A DNA stretch of 64,000 nt. It comes from Candidatus Eiseniibacteriota bacterium. GTDB taxonomy: Bacteria > Eisenbacteria > RBG-16-71-46 > DASYSL01. Within the stretch, counting starts at the first letter, position 1. Each line of letters starts with the position of its first letter. The translations under genes and the position numbers were made by a program. The stretch is from NCBI GenBank assembly GCA_046598045.1, contig JBKJJJ010000215.1, positions 1-64,000 on the forward strand. Reading direction: 5' to 3'. Below are positions 17,740 through 27,416 of the stretch, piece after piece. Below the pieces are notes generated by a model that saw only the letters and a program-made list of their open reading frames with translations, was not told the DNA's origin and made no database searches.

Positions 17740-20700
17740 ATGAGCCTCGAGCTCGCCTTCCCCACACGTCGCTCCAGGCGCGCCGTCCGGCTCGGCGTCG
17801 TCCTCGTGCTCGCCATGCTGGCCGGGCCCCGGATGGCCGCGGCGCAGACCGTGCGCGGGGACCTGGCGATCACGAACGGGCAGGTCAACGCCGAGATCGC
17901 GTGGGGCGGCAAGCTCTTCCTGGGCGGCAGCTTCACGAACATCGGGCCGCGCACCGGCGGCGGCGTCCCCGTCGACACGACGGCCGGCGCCGTCGTCCCG
18001 GGCTTCCCGATGGTCACCGGCGTGGTCAACACCGCCGCCTCGGACAGTGCGGGCGGCTGGTACATCGGCGGATCGTTCACCAGCGTCGGGGGCCAGGCGC
18101 GCAATAACCTCGCGCACGTGAGATCCGACCTGAGCGTGGCCGCGTGGAATCCCGCTCCCAACCAGCCGGTGCTCGCGCTCGCGCTCCGGGGCGGCGTGCT
18201 CTACGCCGGCGGAGAGTTCACGACCATCGGCGGCCAGGCCCGCGCCCGCATCGCCGCGATCGACACCGCGAGCGGCCTCGCGAATGTGTGGAACCCGGGC
18301 GCCGACCAGCGCGTGCGCGCACTGGTCGCGACCGACAGCGTGGTCTATGCCGGCGGCGACTTCCTGAACATCGGCGGCGTGGGGCGCACGCGCCTGGCCG
18401 CGCTCGACGCGGGCACGGGCGCGACGTCACCGTGGAACCCGGCCGTGAACGGCAGCGTGTTCGCGCTCGAAGTGGGCGGGGGGATCGTCTACGCGGGCGG
18501 ATTCTTCAGCGTGATCGGGGGCCAGCCGCGCATCGATCTCGCGGCGGTGAGCGCGACCACGGGGCTCGTGACCTCGTGGAACCCGAAGCCCGACAACCAG
18601 GTGTTCGCGCTCGCGCTCTCTGGCAGCCGGCTCTACGTCGGCGGGGCGTTCACGAAGTTCAACCTCCTCACGGCGCGCAATCGCATCGCGGCGCTCGACG
18701 TGGCGACCGGCGTCCCGGTCGTGGGTTTCGATCCCAATGCCAACAATACGGTGCTTGCGCTCTGGACCAGCGGTTCGACGGTCTACGCCGGGGGCGGGTT
18801 CACGACCATCGGCGGGCAGCCGCGCACGTTCCTGGCCGCGGTCACGGCGGCCTCCGGCACGCTCACGGCGTGGAACCCGACCGCGTACGGCACGGTCAAC
18901 GCGCTCGCTCCGGGCGGCGCCGCGCTGTTCGTCGGCGGTTCGTTCAACGGCATCGGCGGCGCGGCGCGGCGCAACATTGCCCAGGTCGACCTCACGAGCG
19001 GGGCGGTCACGGCGTGGGACCCGGACGCGAACGGCCAGGTGTTCGCGTTCGCGCCGCACGGCGGGACGATGGTCGTCGGCGGGCAGTTCACGAGCCTCGG
19101 CGGCCAGGCTCGCAACAACCTCGCCGCCGTGGACGTCGCCTCGGGCGCGGTCACGTCGTGGAACCCGAACGTCAACGGCGCCGTCTCCGCGCTCGCGATG
19201 AACGCGGGCACGGTCTACGCGGGCGGCGTGTTCTCGAACGTCGGCGGGCAGTTGCGCAACAACCTCGCCGCGGTCGACACCACGACCGGACTGCCGACCG
19301 CGTGGAACCCGGACGTCGACGGGCAGGTCTTCACCATCGCCCCGAGCGGCAACGCGATCTACATCGGTGGTTTCTTCTTCACGGTGAGCGGACAGGCGCG
19401 CAACGAGGCCGCCGCCGTCGATGCGGGCACGGGGGCGCTGCTGCCCTGGAACCCGAACTCGAACGGCACCGTGCGCGCGCTCGTGCCGACGTGCGGATCG
19501 ATGTTCGCCTGCGGCTTCTTCACCTCGCTCGGCGGTCAGCCGCGCAGCCGCATTGCCCAGCTCGACCTGACGACCGGCGCGGCCACCTCGTGGAACGCGA
19601 ATGCCGACGGACCCACGCTCGCGCTCGCGCTCACGGGCGGGGCGCTCTACGCGAGCGGCCTGTTCAGCAACATCGGCGGCCAGTCGCGCGCGCGCCTTGC
19701 CGCGCTCAATCCGGTCACCGGCTCCGCCACCGCATGGAATCCGGGCGCGGACAACATCGTGCGCGCGTTCGCGATCGACGGCACGACGATCTACGTGGGT
19801 GGAGGCTTCGGTGTGATCGCAGGCGTGAGTGCGTCGAATCTCGCCGGGCTCACCGCGGACACGACCCTGACCTGTCCCGCGATCGCCCTCTCGCCGGCCA
19901 CGCTGCCCGACGGGCGCTTGGGTGTGGCGTACGCGCAGGGCCTCTCGGCGAGCGGCGGGAGCGCGCCCTATTGCTGGGCGATCAGCGCCGGCGCGCTGCC
20001 GGCCGGCATCTCCCTCAACCCCGCGAACGGCCAGCTCGCCGGGACGCCGACGGTCAGCGGCGACTTCTCTTTCCGCGTGAGCGCGAGCACGGTGAGCGGC
20101 TGCAAGGGCAGCCAGACCTACGCGCTGCACCTCTTCCCGGCCTGCCCGGTGATCGCGGTCACGCCATCCCCGCTTCCGCTCGCGCACCGCACCGAGGCCT
20201 ACTCGGTGACGCTCCTGGCGAGCGCGGGCGTCGCGCCGTTCGTCTTCAGCGTGACCGCAGGCGCGCTGCCCCCGGGCCTGACGCTCACGCCGGGCGGACT
20301 GCTTGCGGGCACGCCGAGCACGCTCGGCACTTCGAACTTCACGGTGACGGTCGTCGATTCCTCGGGTTGCGCCGGCGCGACCGCGCTCTCGATCCCCGTG
20401 TTCCCCGCGTGCACGCCGCTCGCCGTCGCTCCCGAACTCGTCCCCGACGGCGTGGTCGGCGCGAGCTTCGATCAGGCGCTGACCGTGACCGGCGGCCGAG
20501 CCCCTTACGCCTGGACGGTGACGGGGGGGAGCCTGCCCTCAGGCCTCGTGCTCGACGCGCTCACCGGCCACGTGCATGGGACGCCCGCGCTGGCGGACAC
20601 GTTCCCGGTGGTGATCACGGCAACCGACTCGATCGGCTGCGTCGGGAGCCGTGCGTACACGATCGCGATCTTCGGCGCGGCACCGACGTCGTTCGTCTCG

Positions 20701-23163
20701 GCGAACACCGCCGGGCTGATGATCACGAACGGTGCGACGTGCGTCCGGGTGCCGGTCGACTTCACGCGGACGATCCCGGACTCGATGCGCGTGCTGCACG
20801 TGGTCGTCCAGCTCGACGCCGCGCAGCTCGCGCTGTGCACTCCGGCGCAGCCGGACTCGAGCATCCGCCCGGGCAGCGCGCTCGTGGGCGCCGGCGCCGC
20901 CTCTTTCACGGTGACGGACCGCGGCGCGGGCGCGTATGCCGTCGACTTCGCGTTCACCGGCTCGCCCTGCGGGCTCGGCGCCGGCGGGTCGCTGTTCACG
21001 CTCGACCTGGTGGCCGCGGGCGCGGACGGCGGCGGCACGATCGCCGTGACCGCGCTCCGGGCGCGCGGGTGCGACGACGCGATCCTGCCCGTCAGCCCCG
21101 GCGGCCCGGCGTTGCTCACGATCAATCGCACACCGCTCGTGCTCCGGCCGGCCGCGCTGCCCGGTGGCGCGGTGGGAGACGCCTACGCGTTCACGCTCTC
21201 GACCAACGCCGGGACCGCGCCGTTCGCCTGGAGCGTCGTTTCGGGCGCCTTGCCCGCCGGGCTCACTCTCGACGGCTCGACCGGCGCGCTCACGGGCGTG
21301 CCGACGACCGTCGAGACCGCGAACTTCACGCTGTCGGCCGCCGACGTCAACGGCCGCACCGGCACGCGCAGCTATGGCGTGCCGGTCTTCGCCACCACGC
21401 CGACCTCGTTCGTCAACGCGACCGCCGCGGGGCTCTGCATCACGACCTCGCAACCGTTCGTCGTCCTGCCGTTCGACCTCGTGCGAACGGACGCCACGCC
21501 GACGCGCGCGTTGAGTGTCACCTTCCAGCTCGACCCGGCGCGCCTGGCGCTCAGGACGCCCTTGACGCCGTCGGCGAGCATCCATGTCGGCACGTGGTTC
21601 GCGGGCTTCGGCAACACGAGCTTCTTCGTGACCGACAATGGCGGCGGCTCGTACACGGTCGATCTCGCGTTGCTCGGCCAGCCGTGCGGCATCACCACCG
21701 GCGGCCGCCTGTTCACGGTCGACGTGGCCGGTCCCGGCCCGGACGGCCCGGGAGCGGTCGACGTCATCGCCGTGCGCGCGCGCGACTGCTCGAACGGGGC
21801 GATCGCGCTCGCGGGCGGGCCCGAGGCGACGATCCCGGTCGACCGGACCGGCCCGGCCGGCGTGACCGACCTCGCCGCGGCGCAGCGGGCCGTCGATGGC
21901 AGCACGACGCAGACCACGCGCATCGCTCTCACGTGGACCCCGGCGGGGACGCCGGCGAATCTCTACCGCGCACCGCGCGGCGCGCACCCGCTGTACCTCG
22001 GCGCCGCGGCGCGGCCCGATTCCTCGCTCGTGCCCGGCGGGCCGTGGGTGTTGGTCGCGACCAACCCCGCGCCGGGCGTGATCGATCAGCCGGCGACGCG
22101 CGGCGTATGGTGTTACGTGCTCCTGGCCTCCGACTCGTGCGGGGTGCGCGCGCTCTCGAACGAGACCGAGGGCACGCTCGACTACTTCCTCGCCGACGTC
22201 TCGGACGAGACCACGCCGGGCACGGGTAACAACTCGGTCAATGTCGAGGACATGTCGCTGCTCGGCGCGCATTACGGTCTCACCGGGGCGGGCGCGGTCG
22301 ATCCGTTCGGCTACCTCGACGTCGGCCCGACCGCGGACGCCACGCCGAACTCGCGGCCGCTGCCCGATCACAACATCGACTTCGAGGACCTGTTCGTGTT
22401 CGCGGGCAGCTACGGGATCGTGACCGGTCCGCCCGCCGCGATGATCGAGCTCGCGGCGCTCGGCCGGCCGCGCGCCGGCGCGACCAGCGACGCCCCCGAG
22501 CGCTTCTCCGTCATCGGGCCGGGACGCGCCGAGGTCGGGAGCGAGATCACGGCCACGCTCCACCTGTCGGCGGCGGGGCGCATGCAGGGCTTCTCGGTGC
22601 GCCTCGCGTGGGACAACACGGTGCTCGCGCCGATCGCGTGGGAGAGCGCGGGCGGGCTCGAGGGCGCGGGCGCGATCGTGCTGGCCCCGAGCCTCGGCAC
22701 CGTCGACGCGGCGATGCTCGGCCGCGCGCGCGGCGGCATGGCGATCGACGGCGACGTCGCGCGCGTGCGCTTCCGGGTGCTCAAGAGCGGCTTGACCGGC
22801 CTCGGCGTCGCCATGGTCGACGCGCGAGACGCGGCGAACCACCGCATCGACGGCGTGGCCCTCGCGGCTGAGCTCGCGGCGCCCGCACAGACGGTGCTGT
22901 TCGCGCCCGCCCCGAACCCGACGAGCGGCGAGGCGGGGATCGCGTTCGCGCTGGCGCACGCGGGCCCGGTGCGGCTCGGCATTTACTCGGTCTCGGGCCG
23001 GCTCGTGCGCGCGCTGGTCTCGGGCGTACAGCCGGCCGGGGAACACCAGGTGGCCTGGGACGGCCGGGACGGCGACGGGCGACTGGCGGCTGCCGGCGTC
23101 TATTATTTCCATCTCGAAGCGGACGGCCTGCGAATGAATCGCTCGGTCGTCCTGTTGAGGTAG
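17740..23163 (+). CDS. Large secreted surface protein: beta-propeller repeats, putative Ig domains, cohesin-like and dockerin-like modules, FlgD-Ig C-terminus
   Basis: About 13 repeats of about 50 aa (WNP...V.ALA...YAGG.F..IGGQ.RNNLAA.D); four He_PIG-like GALP.GL.L...TG.L.GTP domains; a duplicated Asp-rich EF-hand-like segment; ends PAPNP...IYSVSGRLVR...WDGRD..G...AAGVYYF. Confidence 0.88.
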   Translation: MSLELAFPTRRSRRAVRLGVVLVLAMLAGPRMAAAQTVRGDLAITNGQVNAEIAWGGKLFLGGSFTNIGPRTGGGVPVDTTAGAVVPGFPMVTGVVNTAASDSAGGWYIGGSFTSVGGQARNNLAHVRSDLSVAAWNPAPNQPVLALALRGGVLYAGGEFTTIGGQARARIAAIDTASGLANVWNPGADQRVRALVATDSVVYAGGDFLNIGGVGRTRLAALDAGTGATSPWNPAVNGSVFALEVGGGIVYAGGFFSVIGGQPRIDLAAVSATTGLVTSWNPKPDNQVFALALSGSRLYVGGAFTKFNLLTARNRIAALDVATGVPVVGFDPNANNTVLALWTSGSTVYAGGGFTTIGGQPRTFLAAVTAASGTLTAWNPTAYGTVNALAPGGAALFVGGSFNGIGGAARRNIAQVDLTSGAVTAWDPDANGQVFAFAPHGGTMVVGGQFTSLGGQARNNLAAVDVASGAVTSWNPNVNGAVSALAMNAGTVYAGGVFSNVGGQLRNNLAAVDTTTGLPTAWNPDVDGQVFTIAPSGNAIYIGGFFFTVSGQARNEAAAVDAGTGALLPWNPNSNGTVRALVPTCGSMFACGFFTSLGGQPRSRIAQLDLTTGAATSWNANADGPTLALALTGGALYASGLFSNIGGQSRARLAALNPVTGSATAWNPGADNIVRAFAIDGTTIYVGGGFGVIAGVSASNLAGLTADTTLTCPAIALSPATLPDGRLGVAYAQGLSASGGSAPYCWAISAGALPAGISLNPANGQLAGTPTVSGDFSFRVSASTVSGCKGSQTYALHLFPACPVIAVTPSPLPLAHRTEAYSVTLLASAGVAPFVFSVTAGALPPGLTLTPGGLLAGTPSTLGTSNFTVTVVDSSGCAGATALSIPVFPACTPLAVAPELVPDGVVGASFDQALTVTGGRAPYAWTVTGGSLPSGLVLDALTGHVHGTPALADTFPVVITATDSIGCVGSRAYTIAIFGAAPTSFVSANTAGLMITNGATCVRVPVDFTRTIPDSMRVLHVVVQLDAAQLALCTPAQPDSSIRPGSALVGAGAASFTVTDRGAGAYAVDFAFTGSPCGLGAGGSLFTLDLVAAGADGGGTIAVTALRARGCDDAILPVSPGGPALLTINRTPLVLRPAALPGGAVGDAYAFTLSTNAGTAPFAWSVVSGALPAGLTLDGSTGALTGVPTTVETANFTLSAADVNGRTGTRSYGVPVFATTPTSFVNATAAGLCITTSQPFVVLPFDLVRTDATPTRALSVTFQLDPARLALRTPLTPSASIHVGTWFAGFGNTSFFVTDNGGGSYTVDLALLGQPCGITTGGRLFTVDVAGPGPDGPGAVDVIAVRARDCSNGAIALAGGPEATIPVDRTGPAGVTDLAAAQRAVDGSTTQTTRIALTWTPAGTPANLYRAPRGAHPLYLGAAARPDSSLVPGGPWVLVATNPAPGVIDQPATRGVWCYVLLASDSCGVRALSNETEGTLDYFLADVSDETTPGTGNNSVNVEDMSLLGAHYGLTGAGAVDPFGYLDVGPTADATPNSRPLPDHNIDFEDLFVFAGSYGIVTGPPAAMIELAALGRPRAGATSDAPERFSVIGPGRAEVGSEITATLHLSAAGRMQGFSVRLAWDNTVLAPIAWESAGGLEGAGAIVLAPSLGTVDAAMLGRARGGMAIDGDVARVRFRVLKSGLTGLGVAMVDARDAANHRIDGVALAAELAAPAQTVLFAPAPNPTSGEAGIAFALAHAGPVRLGIYSVSGRLVRALVSGVQPAGEHQVAWDGRDGDGRLAAAGVYYFHLEADGLRMNRSVVLLR

Positions 23164-23169
23164 CGCATC

Positions 23170-23973
23170 ATGCGTCGACGCATTCTCGTTCTCGTCGCCC
23201 TCGGGCTCGCGCTCGCATCACCCCGGGCACGTGCCCAGGGGATCCACGCGTCGCTCTCGCCGCACGTGCAGTACGTCGGGGCGGGGAGCGGCTTCGACGT
23301 CGACCTCGTGGTCACCAGCGCGGGATCGGCGTTCAACGGGTTCAAGGGCGTCGTGCGCTACGACCCGGCACTGCTGACGTTCGTGCCGACCTCTCCGACC
23401 TCGCTCCAGCAGGGCTCGTACATGACCGGCGCGTGCGGCAGCACGTTCCACCAGTTCTCCCAGACCGGCGACTCGCTCAACGTGACCGATGTCCTCCTGT
23501 GCAACGGCGTCTCGCTGACCGGCCCGGGACAGCTCTATCGCCTCCACTTCGTCGCGGCGAACGCGCCCAACACGAGCACGATCATTCGCGTGCAGTCGCT
23601 CGCGTTCTACAACGCGGGCGTCAAGGTCACGCCGGTCTTCACCCAGGACGACACGGTCTTCATCGACAACCCGGTCGGGGTCGGGCCTTCCGGCGCCGTG
23701 GCCTTGCAGCTGCGTGCGGCGCCGAATCCCGCAATGGGCGGGACGACGCTGCTCTTGAGCGCGCCGGTGGCGGGGGAGCAGAGCCTGCTCGTCCAGGACG
23801 TGGCGGGCCGGGTCGTGCGGCACCTCGAGGCAGGTCGCTTCGAGGCCGGAGCGCGCGCCGTGGCGTGGGATGGGCGGGATGATCGCGGGCGCGCTGTGTC
23901 GCCCGGCGTGTACCTGGCGCGCTACGTCACGCCGGCGGGGATGAGACAGACGCGTGTGGTGTTGCTTCGATAG
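23170..23973 (+). CDS. Cohesin-like domain protein with FlgD-Ig C-terminus
   Basis: Signal peptide; F.VDL.V...FNGF...VRYDPALL and GPGQLYRLHF (cohesin-like); AAPNP...DVAGRVVR...WDGRDDRG..VSPGVY tail. Confidence 0.8.
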   Translation: MRRRILVLVALGLALASPRARAQGIHASLSPHVQYVGAGSGFDVDLVVTSAGSAFNGFKGVVRYDPALLTFVPTSPTSLQQGSYMTGACGSTFHQFSQTGDSLNVTDVLLCNGVSLTGPGQLYRLHFVAANAPNTSTIIRVQSLAFYNAGVKVTPVFTQDDTVFIDNPVGVGPSGAVALQLRAAPNPAMGGTTLLLSAPVAGEQSLLVQDVAGRVVRHLEAGRFEAGARAVAWDGRDDRGRAVSPGVYLARYVTPAGMRQTRVVLLR

Positions 23974-24007
23974 TCGGAGACGATCCGGGACCGCGGTCCC
24001 GCGCCGC

Positions 24008-24036
24008 TTGTCGCAACCCCCGTAAGTTGTTATCCT
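24008..24036 (+). promoter_or_regulatory. Sigma70 promoter of tRNA-Cys
   Basis: TTGTCG-17 bp-TATCCT with extended TG, 10 nt before the tRNA. Confidence 0.6.
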
Positions 24037-24046
24037 GCCGCCGTGA

Positions 24047-24122
24047 GGCGGCATAGCCAAGTGGCTAAGGCGACGGTCTGCAAAACCGTTATTCCCGAGT
24101 TCGACTCTCGGTGCCGCCTCCA
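24047..24122 (+). tRNA. tRNA-Cys (GCA)
   Basis: Acceptor stem GGCGGCA/TGCCGCC, anticodon arm ACGGT-CTGCAAA-ACCGT, T arm CCGAG-TTCGACT-CTCGG, U73 discriminator and encoded CCA. Confidence 0.97.
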
Positions 24123-24153
24123 CACCTCAAGCCCAGCACGGCAGCGGTAGTGC

Positions 24154-24196
24154 GCGATACGCCCTCGGGTTGGCCCCTCGAGGGCGTTCGCATTTG
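24154..24196 (+). terminator. Probable terminator after the tRNA
   Basis: Stem acgccctcg/cgagggcgt followed by catttgt. Confidence 0.5.
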
Positions 24197-24295
24197 TGGG
24201 GGACAGCGATCGCCTCTCCCGACATGGTGGGAAGGCCGAGGGCATGAAGTCGAGCGCTTCGAAGCAGCGCGGGTACAGAGCGGAGGCTGGGGCAC

Positions 24296-24781
24296 ATGCG
24301 CAAAACGAGTCTGCAAAAGTGGATCGGCCAGGAAATGAAATTCTGGCCCGGGTTTTTCCTCGAGGACGAGAATGGTCAGTTGGAGCACCTCGATGAGAAG
24401 TGGCTGGTGGAGAAAGTCCAGACCGTTTCGGGAGTGCTCAAGATGTTCGTGCGGTCCGTGCCATCGGATCGGTATCTCGGCGTCCCGGCGTACTGGATCT
24501 GGGAAGACGTCCCGAGGGACGCGGGCCAGAGCGCAATCAACGCGAGTGCGCTGGGCGCTCTCCGGCACGAAATCCTCATTTCCCCCGACGGCAAGCTCAG
24601 GCCAGGCAGATCGACAAGGCCCAAGGACCTTCGACCGGGTGCAACCTGGGGGTATCTTCGGTCCGATGGCAAGGCGGTGCTCAGGCTCAACAAACTGCGG
24701 AACGACATGAAGGTCGAGGCAGGCCTTCGCCCGTTGATTCCCGCCGGCAGGTCGGGGGTTCGGCGCGTGACAAAACCCTGA
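24296..24781 (+). CDS. Hypothetical protein
   Basis: RBS GGAGG; normal amino-acid composition, unlike the overlapping shadow ORFs; no family recognised. Confidence 0.55.
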   Translation: MRKTSLQKWIGQEMKFWPGFFLEDENGQLEHLDEKWLVEKVQTVSGVLKMFVRSVPSDRYLGVPAYWIWEDVPRDAGQSAINASALGALRHEILISPDGKLRPGRSTRPKDLRPGATWGYLRSDGKAVLRLNKLRNDMKVEAGLRPLIPAGRSGVRRVTKP

Positions 24782-24991
24782 CCACGAGCTTGCACGGCTC
24801 CCGTGCAGGCGGCCCCTGCCATGTCCGGTGAGCCTCTCCGGTGCTCCCCCGGCACGCTGCGCGCTTCGATTCTCCACCGGGGGATCCTCCATGATGCGCA
24901 TCCCACAGTTCCGAATGTCCGACGGCGTCAAGCAGTTCGACATCCCGGTGGGGGCGTGCGCGACCGCTGTTGGGCGCGCTATACTGCGCCC

Positions 24992-26245
24992 ATGATCGAG
25001 GTCCTTCCCGAGCACGTCTATGCCGTAGCCGCCACCACCACCCGCCGCGTCCGCGCGGGGCTCGAACGAGCCCGCGCGGACGCGCGCGCGTTCGCGGACG
25101 ACCCGGCCGCTGCGCTCGCCGCCGCGCGCGCATCTGCGGGCAAACCGCGTGAGCCCGCTGCCCTCGCGGTCGCGATGGGCGACCCGCAGGCGCCGCTCGC
25201 GCGCGTGCTCGAGGTGCTCGACCGCCACGACCTGCTCTCGGACGACGGCCGAATCCACGAACGCGCCGCGCTGGTCTCGATGGGCGACCACTTCGACTGG
25301 GGCGCGCCCGAGCAGAGCGCGTTCGCGGCCGAGAGCGGCTTCGCGCTGCTCGCCTGGCTCGCCGCGCACCCCGACGATCATGTCACGATCCTGGTCGGCA
25401 ATCACGACCTCGCGCGTGTCGGCGAACTCGCGCCCTTCGACGACGAGACGTTCGCCGAGGCGCGGACCGAGGCGCGCGCCCTGCGCTCGATCCGCATCGG
25501 CGCGCCCGGCCGAGCGGAGCGCCGCCATGCGTTCCTCGCGCGCTTCCCGTCGCTGCCCTCGGTCGGGGTCGCGGTGCGCGACCTTTCGACGTTCGAGGCG
25601 CGGCAGAAGGATCTCGTGGGCATGCTGCTCAGGGAGGGCCGCCTGCGGGCATCGAAGGCCGCCGCGCCGGACCTGCTCCTGATCCACGCCGCGGTCACGC
25701 CGGACGACCTCGACGCCATCGACTTCCCCGAAGGCGCCGCGCGCGCCGACGCGTTCGCGCTCGAGCGCGCGCTCGATACGAGGTTCCAGCGCGCGATCGC
25801 TTCGTGGGACGGCGCGACACCGCTCGCGATCGGTCCGCTCTATCGCCCGGGCAATTACGAGGAAGGGGAGTCGCGCGGGGTGTTCGTCCAACGGCCGGCC
25901 GACCCCGCGGTGGGGGAGCTCCCGCTGTTCGACGGCCCGCCGAGGCGGCGCTTCGATCCGCGCGGGCTCACACCCGGCCTGACGCAGGTGACGGGGCACA
26001 TCAGGGACCAGAAGTGCCGCGACCTGATGCCCGTCTGGTCCGATGACGATCCGCCGCGCGACGGCCCGCTGCGCCACCTGTGGACCGACGGCCGCCGCAT
26101 TCGCTACCGGGTGGGATTGCCTCGAGGGGACGAGGGCGGTGCGCTGCTGCTGTTCGCCGATGGCGGCATGAACCACGCCGCGCCGGCCGACTACGAGCTG
26201 CTCGACCTCGGGACCCGGCAGCCGTTCGGCAAGCGCGGCGCATGA
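24992..26245 (+). CDS. Calcineurin-like metallophosphoesterase
   Basis: MGDPQA, MGDHFDWG, LVGNHD, IHA and QVTGH motifs. Confidence 0.8.
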   Translation: MIEVLPEHVYAVAATTTRRVRAGLERARADARAFADDPAAALAAARASAGKPREPAALAVAMGDPQAPLARVLEVLDRHDLLSDDGRIHERAALVSMGDHFDWGAPEQSAFAAESGFALLAWLAAHPDDHVTILVGNHDLARVGELAPFDDETFAEARTEARALRSIRIGAPGRAERRHAFLARFPSLPSVGVAVRDLSTFEARQKDLVGMLLREGRLRASKAAAPDLLLIHAAVTPDDLDAIDFPEGAARADAFALERALDTRFQRAIASWDGATPLAIGPLYRPGNYEEGESRGVFVQRPADPAVGELPLFDGPPRRRFDPRGLTPGLTQVTGHIRDQKCRDLMPVWSDDDPPRDGPLRHLWTDGRRIRYRVGLPRGDEGGALLLFADGGMNHAAPADYELLDLGTRQPFGKRGA

Positions 26246-26330
26246 GAACGGCCGGTCCTCTGCCAGCGACCGGCCGAAGGTCGACCGCCCACGGTTCGCG
26301 GTGGCGACCCAGCCCTCCCTTGCGGAACGG

Positions 26331-26714
26331 CTACTTCTTCTTGGCCGGCCGGCCGCGCTTGCGGCCTGGTTTCGGGCCCGGCTTGCGTCCCCGCCGCGCG
26401 CCCGGGGCACGACCCAGGATCTCGGCGAGGTAGGCGGTGACCTCCTGGCGGATGACATCCGGCAGGACTCGCTGGATGCCCGCGCGCACTTCGTTCCGGA
26501 TCACGTCGGCGCTGATTCCGCCGCCCGGGGGCCGCCCCGGCCCCGCCCCCGCACGACGGCCCCGGACCGGGCCGCGCCAGCGGTAGAACGTGAGCTGGGC
26601 GATTCCGAAGCGCTGCTGCACCTGCGCGCCCGTGAGGCCTTCCTTTGCCGCCGTGGTCAGGATGTTCTTCTTCTCCGCGGCGGTATAACGTTTGCGACCT
26701 GCCTTACGAGCCAC
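26331..26714 (-). CDS. Small basic HTH (transposase OrfA-like) protein with AT-hook-like tail
   Basis: GTG start after GGAGG; RKRYTAAEKKNIL...VQQRFGIAQLTFYRWR; tail RRGRKPGPKPGRKRGRPAKKK. Confidence 0.75.
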   Translation of the reverse strand: MARKAGRKRYTAAEKKNILTTAAKEGLTGAQVQQRFGIAQLTFYRWRGPVRGRRAGAGPGRPPGGGISADVIRNEVRAGIQRVLPDVIRQEVTAYLAEILGRAPGARRGRKPGPKPGRKRGRPAKKK

Positions 26715-26913
26715 CGATAGCCTCCATGGCGCCGGAGTGTAGCCTCTCGTTGCGCGGCGCCTGCACGCGCGAGCACGCCGATGCCGGATTGTTAGAAACA
26801 CTGGCCCCGGATGTTGCATCGACGTCACTTCCAAGCTAGCACATTGCCAACCCTGCAACTATTTCGTCCTGAGCGGCTTTTCGGACAGGGAAGCCTGCGC
26901 CCGATGAATTTGC

Positions 26914-26926
26914 TTGCGTCACGCAA
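26914..26926. promoter_or_regulatory. Palindromic operator candidate upstream of marR-arsM
   Basis: TTGCGT-C-ACGCAA, a perfect inverted repeat in an AT-rich patch 43 bp before the marR ATG. Confidence 0.55.
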
Positions 26927-26969
26927 ATATATGCCGGAGACTGCATCCAACCCCGCGAAGGGAGGCACC

Positions 26970-27416
26970 ATGACGAGCCGGGTTCAGCGATTCGAACAGT
27001 GCTGTTGGGACCTGCGGGGCGTGCTGGCGACGCTCGGCCCCGACGAGGTGTGCTGCGAGGGCCTCACGCCGCGGCAGTGCCGCGTGCTGCGCGCGATCGG
27101 CGGCGACGGGGAGCTGAATCTCTCGGCGCTCGCCGGGCGGGAGGGGCTGAGCGTGAGCGGCATGAGCCGGCGCGTCGATCCGCTGGTCGAGCGGGGCTAT
27201 CTCGACCGCAGCAAGGGAGCACCCGAGGACGGCCGGGCGATCCGGCTCGAGTTGACGCGCAAGGGCCGCGAGGCGCTCGACTCGGTCGAGGAGACGATCT
27301 ACGGCGGCATCGCGAAGTTATGGAAGGCCGTGCCCGCTACGGAGCGGGGCACGGTGTTGGAGGCGTTGGAGATCCTGGTGCGCGCCGGGCGCGCGCTGAA
27401 CGAGGGGAAGCCATGA
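26970..27416 (+). CDS. Cys-rich MarR family regulator
   Basis: LTPRQCRVL...LSVSGMSRRVDPLVERGYL..DGRAIRLELTRKG; two vicinal CC pairs; RBS GGAGG. Confidence 0.88.
   Translation: MTSRVQRFEQCCWDLRGVLATLGPDEVCCEGLTPRQCRVLRAIGGDGELNLSALAGREGLSVSGMSRRVDPLVERGYLDRSKGAPEDGRAIRLELTRKGREALDSVEETIYGGIAKLWKAVPATERGTVLEALEILVRAGRALNEGKP

Noticed and set aside
24925..24960. gcagttcgacatcccggtgggggcg resembles a tRNA T-arm or att remnant
   Set aside because: It does not match the tRNA-Cys 3' end and forms no cloverleaf.
26331..26714. Call as an IS3 element
   Set aside because: No OrfB/integrase domain, frameshift site or terminal repeats are visible nearby.
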